A DNA stretch of 58,771 nt from Candidatus Saccharimonadales bacterium (GTDB taxonomy: Bacteria > Patescibacteriota > Saccharimonadia > Saccharimonadales > EFPC-124), in the NCBI GenBank assembly GCA_035457345.1, contig DATIBT010000032.1:1-58771 (forward strand), read 5' to 3'. A model generated the notes under the pieces. The model did not search any database, was not told the origin of the DNA, and saw nothing but the letters and a program-made list of their open reading frames with translations. Every line of letters starts with the position of its first letter. Positions within the stretch are counted from its first letter, which is position 1. Position numbers and translations under genes: made by a program. Below, piece after piece: positions 23,946 through 32,362 of this stretch.

Positions 23946-25412
23946 ATGAACATTCGCCCAGTGAACGAGTGGACCTTATACCGCATGCGCTTTTTGCTAG
24001 CGTATGTACTGCTGGCGATAATCACCGCCGCGCTCCTTGCATTCTATTTAGATATTGCACCGCCCGGCCTTGGCCCGACCGAAAAACAAAGCATCGTCAG
24101 CTCTGCCGCTATTAGTTTTAAAGAACCACCAACTAATATTGTCGATCTGCCGTTTCATGTTTTGCAAAAGCTAAGTGTGGAATGGTTGGGCGTAACACCG
24201 CTGGGCGTACGATTACCGTCGCTTGTATTTGGCGGGCTGACCGCGCTCTGCATGGCACTGCTGTTGCGACGCTGGTTTAAAACGAATATTGCACTGGCAG
24301 TCAGCCTTATATTTGTGACGTCAACGTGGTTTTTAAGCGTCGCCAGACTTGGCGCACCGTTTATTATGATTCCTCTCTGGACGAGCATACTCTTGTTAAC
24401 CGCAACGTATGTGTCGCAACAAACGAAGGCCTGGAAATGGTGGCGCGTTGCGTTCGCCATGGCAGCCGCGCTGTCTATGTACACGCCATTTATGGCGTAC
24501 TTCTTTATTGCAGCAGCTTTGGCAACCATTGCCCAGCCACATTTACGGTACTTGTTGCGTGAAAGCAATAGGGTCAACCTGTTTATCGGTGGTTTCTTCT
24601 TCATATTACTTCTTGTGCCATTGGGGTGGGGAATCTACAAAGAGCCTGGCGTCATCCGTGACTTGCTCGCCATTCCAGCGGCGCTGCCAGACCCGCTGCA
24701 GTTTGCCAAAGGCTTGTGGCATGCGATTAGTAATGTGATTAACCCCTACAACCTTGCTGCCACTGAAATGATCACGCCCACCCTTGGTATCGTCACCTGC
24801 GCCCTACTCCTGACTGGTGGCGCAAGACTACTGCGTGACTTTCACTCCGTGCGTGCCCACGTACTATTACTGTGGGCTGCGTTACTCGTGCCGATTGTTG
24901 CCTTCAACCCAACGCAACTTACCGCACTTTTGGTGCCTACCATGCTAGTTGTCGCTATTGGCTTGAACCAAATTATCCGCTATTGGTACCGCTTGTTTCC
25001 CCGCAATCCATACGCCAGATTGTTTGGCTTAGTGCCGCTAACGATTCTAGTGATAAGCATTGTGCAGCTCAATTATCAACGCTATACCTTCGGCATGATT
25101 TATAGCAAGCAAGCCGGTCAGACATTTAACCAAGATGCGTTCCTTGCGCAAAAAGAATTAATGAATATAGATAAAGCCCGGCCGGTGACTTTTGTGGTCG
25201 CACCTGAGAATGAAGCGCTATATAACGTTCTTGCCGGCCGACGGCCATCTACAGCCGTTGAAACAGGCGAAACAGCCAGTGACAGGGCGGGTACCTGGAT
25301 TGTGCAAAACTCGCAGTATAATACCGTGGCGCAAAAAGTTGGCGCGCCCAGTAAATTGCTTGTCACCGACCAAAAAGCCGATGCCCTACGTTTGACCGTT
25401 CACGAACGGTAG
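23946..25412 (+). CDS. GT-C fold membrane glycosyltransferase (family 39/83, ArnT/PMT-like)
   Basis: 488 aa with about 11 TM helices. N-terminal architecture 'VEWLGVTPLGVRLPSLVFGGLTALCMALLLRRWF' is typical of ArnT-like enzymes, followed by a C-terminal soluble domain. Confidence 0.6.
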   Translation: MNIRPVNEWTLYRMRFLLAYVLLAIITAALLAFYLDIAPPGLGPTEKQSIVSSAAISFKEPPTNIVDLPFHVLQKLSVEWLGVTPLGVRLPSLVFGGLTALCMALLLRRWFKTNIALAVSLIFVTSTWFLSVARLGAPFIMIPLWTSILLLTATYVSQQTKAWKWWRVAFAMAAALSMYTPFMAYFFIAAALATIAQPHLRYLLRESNRVNLFIGGFFFILLLVPLGWGIYKEPGVIRDLLAIPAALPDPLQFAKGLWHAISNVINPYNLAATEMITPTLGIVTCALLLTGGARLLRDFHSVRAHVLLLWAALLVPIVAFNPTQLTALLVPTMLVVAIGLNQIIRYWYRLFPRNPYARLFGLVPLTILVISIVQLNYQRYTFGMIYSKQAGQTFNQDAFLAQKELMNIDKARPVTFVVAPENEALYNVLAGRRPSTAVETGETASDRAGTWIVQNSQYNTVAQKVGAPSKLLVTDQKADALRLTVHER

Positions 25413-25453
25413 ACGCATATCTGTTATAATAATCCCATACAAGGAGACCTTAC

Positions 25454-25741
25454 ATGTTTGACCAAGCAAAAATGCTCATGAAGATTAAGAAAGCCCAAAA
25501 AGAGCTCGCCAACGAAATTATTGAAGTCGAAGCTGGCGACGGCGCCGTAGTAGTGCGGATAACCGGCGAGCAGAAAATTAAGAATATAGAGATTGACCCA
25601 GAGCAAGTCGACCTAAACGACATCCACGAACTCGAGCGCTGGATTGAAACGGCCGTTAAAGAAGCTATTAATCGTTCGCAACAAGTAGCCGCGGAAAAAA
25701 TGAAGCCCCTGATGGGCAGCCTTGGCAAATTAGGGTTGTAA
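25454..25741 (+). CDS. ybaB: YbaB/EbfC nucleoid-associated protein
   Basis: 95 aa. 'MLMKIKKAQKELANEIIEVEAGDGAVVVRITGEQKIKNIEIDPE' is the YbaB pattern. Located upstream of recR. Confidence 0.9.
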   Translation: MFDQAKMLMKIKKAQKELANEIIEVEAGDGAVVVRITGEQKIKNIEIDPEQVDLNDIHELERWIETAVKEAINRSQQVAAEKMKPLMGSLGKLGL

Positions 25742-25753
25742 GCAGGCCGAGCC

Positions 25754-26365
25754 GTGGCGACAATCCTCCCAAAGGCACTATTGCATTTGATTGACGAGCT
25801 TGGCAAATTACCAGGTGTTGGCCCGCGCACAGCTGAGCGCTACGCTTATGATTTACTGCGCCGCGATCCCAGTATTGCAACTAGAGTAGCCGACGCTATC
25901 TCTCATTTGCATGCCGGCGTAAAGTACTGTCCTAAAACATTCGCCCTCATAGAAAAGGAGCAAGACGTCTCACCGTTATACACCGATCCAGAGCGGGACA
26001 AGACGCTGGTTGCCGTAGTCGAGGAACCGCTCGACGTTGTAGCACTCGAGCGTACCGGCCAATTTAAGGGCACCTACCACGTGCTGGGCGGGGTTATTTC
26101 TCCAATTGATGGGATAGGGCCAGAGCAGTTGCACATACAAGAGCTGCTTGATCGCATAGACACTGACAACGTGAAAGAAGTTATCTTGGCAACGAACGCG
26201 AGCGTGGAAGGCGAATCAACAGCGCTGTACTTGCAAAAACGCATAAGCGACAAGCCTGGGGTGAATGTGACACGCTTGGCGCGCGGACTGCCTGTGGGAG
26301 TTGACCTTGAGTATGCAGACCAGATTACCCTTTCTCATGCCCTTGAGGGCCGCCAGCAAGTTTAA
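25754..26365 (+). CDS. recR: recombination protein RecR (zinc-finger cysteines largely missing)
   Basis: HhH 'LGKLPGVGPRTAERYAY' and Toprim 'VVEEPLDVVALERTGQFKGTYHVLGG...ILATNASVEGESTALY'. GTG start. The whole protein contains only one Cys. Confidence 0.95.
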   Translation: MATILPKALLHLIDELGKLPGVGPRTAERYAYDLLRRDPSIATRVADAISHLHAGVKYCPKTFALIEKEQDVSPLYTDPERDKTLVAVVEEPLDVVALERTGQFKGTYHVLGGVISPIDGIGPEQLHIQELLDRIDTDNVKEVILATNASVEGESTALYLQKRISDKPGVNVTRLARGLPVGVDLEYADQITLSHALEGRQQV

Positions 26366-26367
26366 TA

Positions 26368-26396
26368 TTGTAAAAACATTACTTTTATTGTATAAT
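26368..26396 (+). promoter_or_regulatory. promoter-like element between the recR stop and its terminator
   Basis: TTGTAA-N17-TATAAT, using the same -35 hexamer as the island A promoter. It lies 90 nt upstream of the island E ATG. Confidence 0.4.
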
Positions 26397-26407
26397 CACA
26401 CTTCAGT

Positions 26408-26436
26408 AAACCCATCTGTCTACAGAGTGGGTTTTT
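26408..26436 (+). terminator. rho-independent terminator after recR
   Basis: AAACCCATCTG-TCTA-CAGA(G)TGGGTTT followed by TTT. Confidence 0.7.
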
Positions 26437-26485
26437 GTAGCCGGGCGTTGCCTGGTATCACATCGAACGGAAGGATAGATCCGAG

Positions 26486-27115
26486 ATGTTCGGAATCCGC
26501 ACCACCCCGCGTCGCGCGGGTCTCAGCGCGACTGCCGTAGTCGCCGCCCTGCTGGCCCTCATGGGCTGCCAGACCGGCGGTAAGGACAACAAGCCGACGG
26601 CCTTCGCAGGCAGCCCCACGAGCGCAACCAGCGCGCCCGAGGTCACCGTGACCACGGACGCGCCCGAGACCGCTCCCACCACCCCCGAGTCCGACTCGCC
26701 GTCGTCCGCACCGACCACCACACCGGCGGCCAGTGCCACCATCGACGCCACGAACCCGGACGCCGGTGGCTCCTCCCACATGACCGCCATCACCACGGTG
26801 CAGTGCCCCAAGGGACTGCCGGTGAGCGGCGTGTTCGTGGAGGGCAACGGTAGCGAGGACAAGCCGCCGTACGGCGACCTGGACATCTGGGACAACCAGC
26901 GCAACCGACTGACCGTCTTGCACACCGTCCTGCCCACCGAGTCGTACAAGATCAGCTTCGGCTGCGGTTACGTCAAGGGGGCGGACCACGAGTGGGAGTA
27001 CGGCTTCGAGACGCTGCCGCTCTTCGCGCCGAGCCAGGGAACCAAGCACACCATCGTGTGCCCCAAGGTCAATGGCAAGACGTGCAACGTGGACGGCGTC
27101 ATGCGGAACATCTGA
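26486..27115 (+). CDS. Cys-rich lipoprotein of unknown function, foreign (high-GC3) composition
   Basis: Signal peptide plus lipobox 'LALMGC|Q', a Thr/Pro/Ser linker, then a domain with 6 further Cys. Codons are strongly G/C-ending. 252- and 163-aa shadow ORFs lie on the opposite strand. Confidence 0.7.
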   Translation: MFGIRTTPRRAGLSATAVVAALLALMGCQTGGKDNKPTAFAGSPTSATSAPEVTVTTDAPETAPTTPESDSPSSAPTTTPAASATIDATNPDAGGSSHMTAITTVQCPKGLPVSGVFVEGNGSEDKPPYGDLDIWDNQRNRLTVLHTVLPTESYKISFGCGYVKGADHEWEYGFETLPLFAPSQGTKHTIVCPKVNGKTCNVDGVMRNI

Positions 27116-27125
27116 TCCCGTTCTA

Positions 27126-27169
27126 CGCGGCCGCGCCGAACGCCCCAGCGGCGAATCGGTGCGGCCGCG
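27126..27169 (+). terminator. GC-rich inverted repeat after island E gene
   Basis: CGCGGCCGC...GCGGCCGCG forms a 9-bp stem with a 26-nt loop. No U-tract. Confidence 0.4.
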
Positions 27170-27215
27170 CACGTCCAAGCTTTAAACCAGGTGTAAACCT
27201 GTTAGAATATAACGA

Positions 27216-28217
27216 ATGAGTACAGCAGCCTACGAACAAGCCCAAAACATAATCGATGAGGCTTCGCATATTGTCGTTATCCAGGCCGAAAATCCTGACG
27301 GCGACAGTCTGGGAAGCGCGCTTGCGCTCGAGGCTATGCTAGATGAGCTCGGTAAAAAAGTGACGCTATATTGCGCCATAGAAATTCCTAAGTACTTACG
27401 CTACGCCGTGGGCTGGGATCGTGTCACATCTGACTTCCCGAAAACATTCGACGCCAGCATTATTGTTGATACCGCAAGTAGCGCCTTGCTAGAAAAAACA
27501 TTCGTACCCGCCCAACTTGCCGCCCTTACTGCGCACCCAATTGTGGTTATCGACCACCACCTTACCAAAAGTGATCTGCCGTTTGAGTTTGCTTTTGTCA
27601 ACAACAGCAAGGCAGTCGCCACTGGCGAAGTAATTTACGATCTCGCTAAAAAACAGAAATGGCCAGTACCAGCAGATGCCGCCGAAAACTTAGCCTTATC
27701 AATTTTGGCAGACTCACTTGGGCTCGTCACCGAAACAACCACTGCCCACAGCATTCACACTCTTGCTGAACTTGTTGAGCACGGCGCTCGAGTCAGCGAT
27801 ATAGAAAACCGCCGCCGGGAATTCATGCGCAAAAGCCCAGAGATCCTCGAGTATAAAGGCCGTTTACTGCAACGCATCGAGTACCACCTCGACAACCAGT
27901 TAGCTATCGTGCACATACCCTGGGACGAAATTAAAGAATATAGCGACCAATATAATCCGAGCGTGCTCGTGCTCGATGAAATGCGGCTGGTCGAAGGGGT
28001 GCGCGTTGCCGTTGCCATAAAAACCTATCCCGACGGTCGGCTCACGGGCAAGATCCGCACTAACCCCGATGCAAAAATTGCCGAAATCATTGCCGGCTAC
28101 TTTGGTGGCGGCGGCCACGGGTACACCGCGGGCTTTAAGATTTACGACAGAGACTACGAAAAAATAAAATTAGAACTCATCGGCGCAGCCCAAAAGGCAC
28201 TCAGTGACCTACAATAA
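27216..28217 (+). CDS. DHH/DHHA1 phosphoesterase (NrnA-like oligoribonuclease/pAp phosphatase)
   Basis: 'NPDGDSLGSALAL', 'VVIDHH' and the DHHA1 motif 'GGGGHGYTAGF'. Confidence 0.85.
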   Translation: MSTAAYEQAQNIIDEASHIVVIQAENPDGDSLGSALALEAMLDELGKKVTLYCAIEIPKYLRYAVGWDRVTSDFPKTFDASIIVDTASSALLEKTFVPAQLAALTAHPIVVIDHHLTKSDLPFEFAFVNNSKAVATGEVIYDLAKKQKWPVPADAAENLALSILADSLGLVTETTTAHSIHTLAELVEHGARVSDIENRRREFMRKSPEILEYKGRLLQRIEYHLDNQLAIVHIPWDEIKEYSDQYNPSVLVLDEMRLVEGVRVAVAIKTYPDGRLTGKIRTNPDAKIAEIIAGYFGGGGHGYTAGFKIYDRDYEKIKLELIGAAQKALSDLQ

Positions 28218-28283
28218 AACAATCACCGCCACCGAGCCTTGTTGACGCCTTCTTTGCTACTATAAAAGTAACGGAGCACAGGC

Positions 28284-29687
28284 ATGCAACTATATAACAC
28301 TCTCACTCGTAAGCTTGAACAATTTGAACCCACCGACCCAGAAGACGTAAAACTCTACACTTGCGGTCCAACCGTGTACGACTATCAGCATATTGGCAAT
28401 TACAGCGCTTATGTGCGCTGGGACACGCTTGTGCGCGTACTGCAAGCTAGCGGTTACGATGTACATTGGGTCATGAATATTACCGATGTCGGTCACCTAG
28501 TCAGCGATGCGGATGAGGGCGAGGACAAACTAGAAAAAGGCGCAAAGCGCGAAGGCAAAAGCGCGTGGGACATTGCCAAATTTTACATGGACGATTTTAT
28601 GCTCGGCCTCACAGCGCTCAACATACAAACACCGACCCATATCGTGCGAGCAACGGACCACATTGCAGAGCAGATAGAGCTCGTTAAGACGCTTGAGCAA
28701 AAAGGGTACACCTATACCATCGACGACGGCGTATATTTCGACACTAGCAAGTCAAAAGATTACGGCAAGCTCGCCCGGCTTGATCTTGCCGGTTTGCAAG
28801 CTGGCGCGCGGGTAGAACTGAACCCACAAAAACGAGGCGCAACCGACTTTGCCCTCTGGAAGCTTACGCCAACCGGCCAAAAACGTGACATGGAATGGGA
28901 TAGCCCTTGGGGGAAAGGATTCCCTGGCTGGCATCTTGAGTGCTCGGCGATGAGCATGAAGTACCTTGGCGAAACGCTCGATATCCACACTGGCGGCATC
29001 GACCATATTCCCGTTCATCATATAAACGAGATCGCTCAAAGCGAGGCGGCTACCGGCAAGCAGTTTTCGCGGTTCTGGCTGCACTGCAATCATCTTTTGG
29101 TGGAAAATACAAAGATCGCAAAAAGCGCGGGCAATGGCATCTTACTGCACCATCTGGCCGAGCAAGGATTTACCCCACTCGACGTGCGCATGCTACTGCT
29201 GCAAAGCCACTATCGCACCCAGGCCAACTTCACCCATGGGGCCCTGCAGGCTGCACGCCAACGTCGGCTCGCGCTGCAGGCATTCGCCGATCTTCGGTTC
29301 CAAACAATAGATGGCGGCGAGTTAGATGCTGCAGCCTTTGAGCAAACCAAGGCTGTCATGCTCGAAGAACTTAAAGAAGATCTTCACACACCAGAAGCGC
29401 TAGCAGCTCTCAGTGACCTCGTTACGGCCGGCGAAACAAACCTGGTAAGTGCCAATGCCCACGCTGCCTTTGTGGAGTTCCTGGATTTCGTAGACGCCAC
29501 CCTGGGCCTACAGCTACTTGCCAGCAGCGACATAACGAGCGAGCAAAAACAGCTTATCCGTGAGCGTGAGGAAGCCCGGCGCAATAAGGATTTTGCAAAA
29601 GCAGACCAAATTCGCCTAGCGCTCGACGCAAATCATCTTGCGGTGCGCGATACGCCGCTTGGCACCATTTGGAGCCGGACAGCCTAA
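28284..29687 (+). CDS. cysS: cysteine--tRNA ligase
   Basis: HIGH-type 'YQHIGNYSAY', 'GWHLECSAM', and the KMSKS-type 'KIAKSAGN'. Confidence 0.95.
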   Translation: MQLYNTLTRKLEQFEPTDPEDVKLYTCGPTVYDYQHIGNYSAYVRWDTLVRVLQASGYDVHWVMNITDVGHLVSDADEGEDKLEKGAKREGKSAWDIAKFYMDDFMLGLTALNIQTPTHIVRATDHIAEQIELVKTLEQKGYTYTIDDGVYFDTSKSKDYGKLARLDLAGLQAGARVELNPQKRGATDFALWKLTPTGQKRDMEWDSPWGKGFPGWHLECSAMSMKYLGETLDIHTGGIDHIPVHHINEIAQSEAATGKQFSRFWLHCNHLLVENTKIAKSAGNGILLHHLAEQGFTPLDVRMLLLQSHYRTQANFTHGALQAARQRRLALQAFADLRFQTIDGGELDAAAFEQTKAVMLEELKEDLHTPEALAALSDLVTAGETNLVSANAHAAFVEFLDFVDATLGLQLLASSDITSEQKQLIREREEARRNKDFAKADQIRLALDANHLAVRDTPLGTIWSRTA

Positions 29688-30820
29688 TCGTTGGCTGCCG
29701 CCTTGGCGACCAGCTTATGCCAGAGCCTTTGTTTTGAGGGCTCTGGCTTGCGACGGCGATGCTCCATGTAATCAATAAGAATAACGCGTATGCAACCGGC
29801 AACAGGAATTGCCACAATACCACCGACCAACCCAAGCAAACTAATGCCCACAATGACCGACACAAGCACCGAAAGAGCGCTGAGCGCCACCGTGCGCGAC
29901 TGCACCAAGGGCTGAATAAAATTATTCTCAATTTGCTGATAAATAACAAAGTAGATAACAAACACAATGGCCGCGCCAAAATCATTCAGTGCAATCACAG
30001 CAGTCACAATAACAGCGCCGATAGTTGCGCCAATCATGGGAATCAGATCAGTGATAAAGATAAGACCAGTAAGCGGGATGGCCGCACTAGCGGGCAGTTG
30101 TGGGAAGAAATAGGTGAGCAATAACAAAACAGTGAGGCCCGCTGCTGCGGCAATTGAAGCAACCAGCACCTGACCATTCACATAACTAGTAACCACCTTG
30201 TACATTTTTATTGCCAATTTTTGGTGGCGGACTAACTTGGCGGCGTCTCGATAGAGACTCCAAAGCCGCTCCATCCAAACCGGCCCCTCGATGAGCATAA
30301 GGAATGTGAGCACCAAGACAGTTAGCATAGTGACGAAACCACTAAGGATAGAAGATATGCCTGTCACGAGCGAGCTACCGACGCCCTGCGCCAAACTTGC
30401 CGCCTGCGTCTGCGCGCCTGCAACTAATTGATCTAGTTGCGGCTGCAAATTATACGTGTTTATGAGGTTCGCAATCACCCCCTTTTTGTTGCTCAAGTCT
30501 TGAATATACTCCGGTAGAGATGCAATGAACCGATTTGTCTCATTTATAATTGGCGGCAATGCTATGTATATGAACACGCCAATAACAGCCAACATAAACA
30601 CATAGGCAACAGCTGTTGCCAGCACGCGGCTATGGCCGGGAAGGCGGCTTGCCAAAGCGCTCACGGGAGGGTTGAGGGCGAGCGCCAGGAAGGCAGCGAT
30701 TGCCACAATCATGAGCGCAGTCCAAAGCTTCCAGATAGCAAGAATGACTGCTACAAAACCGGTCACTACCAGGAGGAACCGAACAAAAGTTTTTGTATCG
30801 ATATCGACTTTTACTTTCAC
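29684..30820 (-). CDS. AI-2E family (PerM/UPF0118) transporter
   Basis: 378 aa with 7-8 TM helices. 'ITDLIPMIGATIGAVIVT' is the typical family motif. Convergent 4-nt overlap with cysS. Confidence 0.85.
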   Translation of the reverse strand: MKVKVDIDTKTFVRFLLVVTGFVAVILAIWKLWTALMIVAIAAFLALALNPPVSALASRLPGHSRVLATAVAYVFMLAVIGVFIYIALPPIINETNRFIASLPEYIQDLSNKKGVIANLINTYNLQPQLDQLVAGAQTQAASLAQGVGSSLVTGISSILSGFVTMLTVLVLTFLMLIEGPVWMERLWSLYRDAAKLVRHQKLAIKMYKVVTSYVNGQVLVASIAAAAGLTVLLLLTYFFPQLPASAAIPLTGLIFITDLIPMIGATIGAVIVTAVIALNDFGAAIVFVIYFVIYQQIENNFIQPLVQSRTVALSALSVLVSVIVGISLLGLVGGIVAIPVAGCIRVILIDYMEHRRRKPEPSKQRLWHKLVAKAAAND

Positions 30821-30869
30821 TATGCCCTCAGTATGACAATAGGAGCCCTGCCTGGCAAGAGAGCTTATG

Positions 30870-31325
30870 CTATTGCTTTACGTCATCTCCGAGGTTTACC
30901 TTGGAATACTCTATAACTTTATGGGTTGTAGGCCGGTAGAGTAGCGCACGGCCGGCCTTAGGAAAAATGAGCACCTTGTCGCCATCTTTCGCCTGCTTAA
31001 AGAAGTCTTGGCCTTGGAGCTTCGTGACGTCATTTACGGTAGCAAGCGTTGGCTTCTCATTCGGCAGCTCAAGCCGCTGCCCAATCTCTTTTACAATATC
31101 CTCACCTTCGAGCGCACCTGCTAGCGCTGGGTCGGAGAGACGGGCAATTTGGTTCCGTGCATCAACATATAACCAGGCAAACGCACCAAGAACAACAATA
31201 CCGGCAACCACAATGCCCACACGAGTGTGCCGTCCCACAAAGTCCACAATACCACTTTTCTTCCTTGTGTCAGCGAGTGGGGCGACCTTATTGGCCGGGC
31301 GTTTTATGCCATCTATGTCCTGCAT
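30870..31325 (-). CDS. membrane-anchored hypothetical protein
   Basis: 151 aa with a single TM helix 'VGIVVAGIVVLGAFAWLYV' followed by a small extracytoplasmic domain. Confidence 0.6.
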   Translation of the reverse strand: MQDIDGIKRPANKVAPLADTRKKSGIVDFVGRHTRVGIVVAGIVVLGAFAWLYVDARNQIARLSDPALAGALEGEDIVKEIGQRLELPNEKPTLATVNDVTKLQGQDFFKQAKDGDKVLIFPKAGRALLYRPTTHKVIEYSKVNLGDDVKQ

Positions 31326-31405
31326 ATAATATTGAGTGTAGCCGACTTAGCCCACATCAGACAAGTCACTAGTAAATAACCGCTCGTAGCCATACAATAG
31401 AATCA

Positions 31406-32362
31406 GTGAAGCGCCGTTTTTTGCTGTTTACGACATTGTTTTTTATGGCATTGAGTATTCTTTTGGGCGTACTGTACTATCAAAGCTCGACAAAAAACGA
31501 GAGCACCAAATACCCACACCTCGCGAAACGATTATTCCTAGAAGATCCCAACGACGTTCTCATAAACCTAGAACCATTACGGCAAAACGTACGCAAATAC
31601 CTTACCGACACTGGTTTAACCTATAGTTTTTATTTTGAGTACTTATTTACGGGTTCGAATATTCGCGCGGGCGACAGCAACAAGCTCGTGGGCGCATCAC
31701 TCATGAAAATTCCAGTGGTTATGGACCTGTACAAGGCGGCCGAACAGAACAAGATAGATATCAACAAAAAGGTGACCGTCGACAAAGAATCAGTAAACAA
31801 TGATACCGAATTTGGCAACCAGCAACATCTAAAGCCGGGCGATCAAATTAGCTTACGCGATGCCGCCAGAATTGCGTTGACTGAATCGGACAACACGGCA
31901 GCATATATAGTATTCCAAGCGACACAACATTTGCTCGCGCCTGAGGATCAGGCAATCAATAATCTTGATGTAGAGACACAAATTGGCGAAAGCGACAAAG
32001 GCAAATATGCGCTTATTGGCGCTCGCTCGTATTCTTCTTTCTTGAAGTGCCTCTATTATTCCTGTTTTTTGTCGCGTGATCACTCTGAACAGATACTGAG
32101 CGACCTCTCAAAGACAACCGATACCACACGCATCAGGGCTGGCGTGTCCAAAGATACCGAGGTAATCCATAAAATCGGCTCGTTTAGCAATGTCACGCAA
32201 AGCGATTGTGGCATTGTCTATCTCACCAACCGGCGCTACATATTGTGCATTATGCTCGACACCGACGCGCAAACTGCTAATAAACATATACAAAAGATAG
32301 CTGAAATGACGAATGACTATGTCGCCAAAGCGAACTTGACTACTCGACAACCCAATAATTAA
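31406..32362 (+). CDS. class A beta-lactamase-fold serine hydrolase (PBP/beta-lactamase-like), membrane anchored
   Basis: GTG start and an N-terminal TM helix. SxxK 'ASLMK', SDN 'ESDNTAA', and a KTG-like 'HKIGS'. Confidence 0.7.
   Translation: MKRRFLLFTTLFFMALSILLGVLYYQSSTKNESTKYPHLAKRLFLEDPNDVLINLEPLRQNVRKYLTDTGLTYSFYFEYLFTGSNIRAGDSNKLVGASLMKIPVVMDLYKAAEQNKIDINKKVTVDKESVNNDTEFGNQQHLKPGDQISLRDAARIALTESDNTAAYIVFQATQHLLAPEDQAINNLDVETQIGESDKGKYALIGARSYSSFLKCLYYSCFLSRDHSEQILSDLSKTTDTTRIRAGVSKDTEVIHKIGSFSNVTQSDCGIVYLTNRRYILCIMLDTDAQTANKHIQKIAEMTNDYVAKANLTTRQPNN

Noticed and set aside
12531-27170. The GC-rich islands as contamination or chimeric assembly.
   Set aside because: Each island is a single gene embedded within continuous native sequence, with native genes on both sides at five separate loci. 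Four sit behind native-style promoters. This pattern is hard to produce by mis-joining contigs. It still needs read-level confirmation, so it is kept as a caveat rather than the preferred explanation.
31648-31665. A tRNA T-loop-like string GGGTTCGAATATT.
   Set aside because: It lies inside a well-supported CDS. No T-stem complement, acceptor stem or anticodon arm can be drawn around it. I found no tRNA anywhere in the window.
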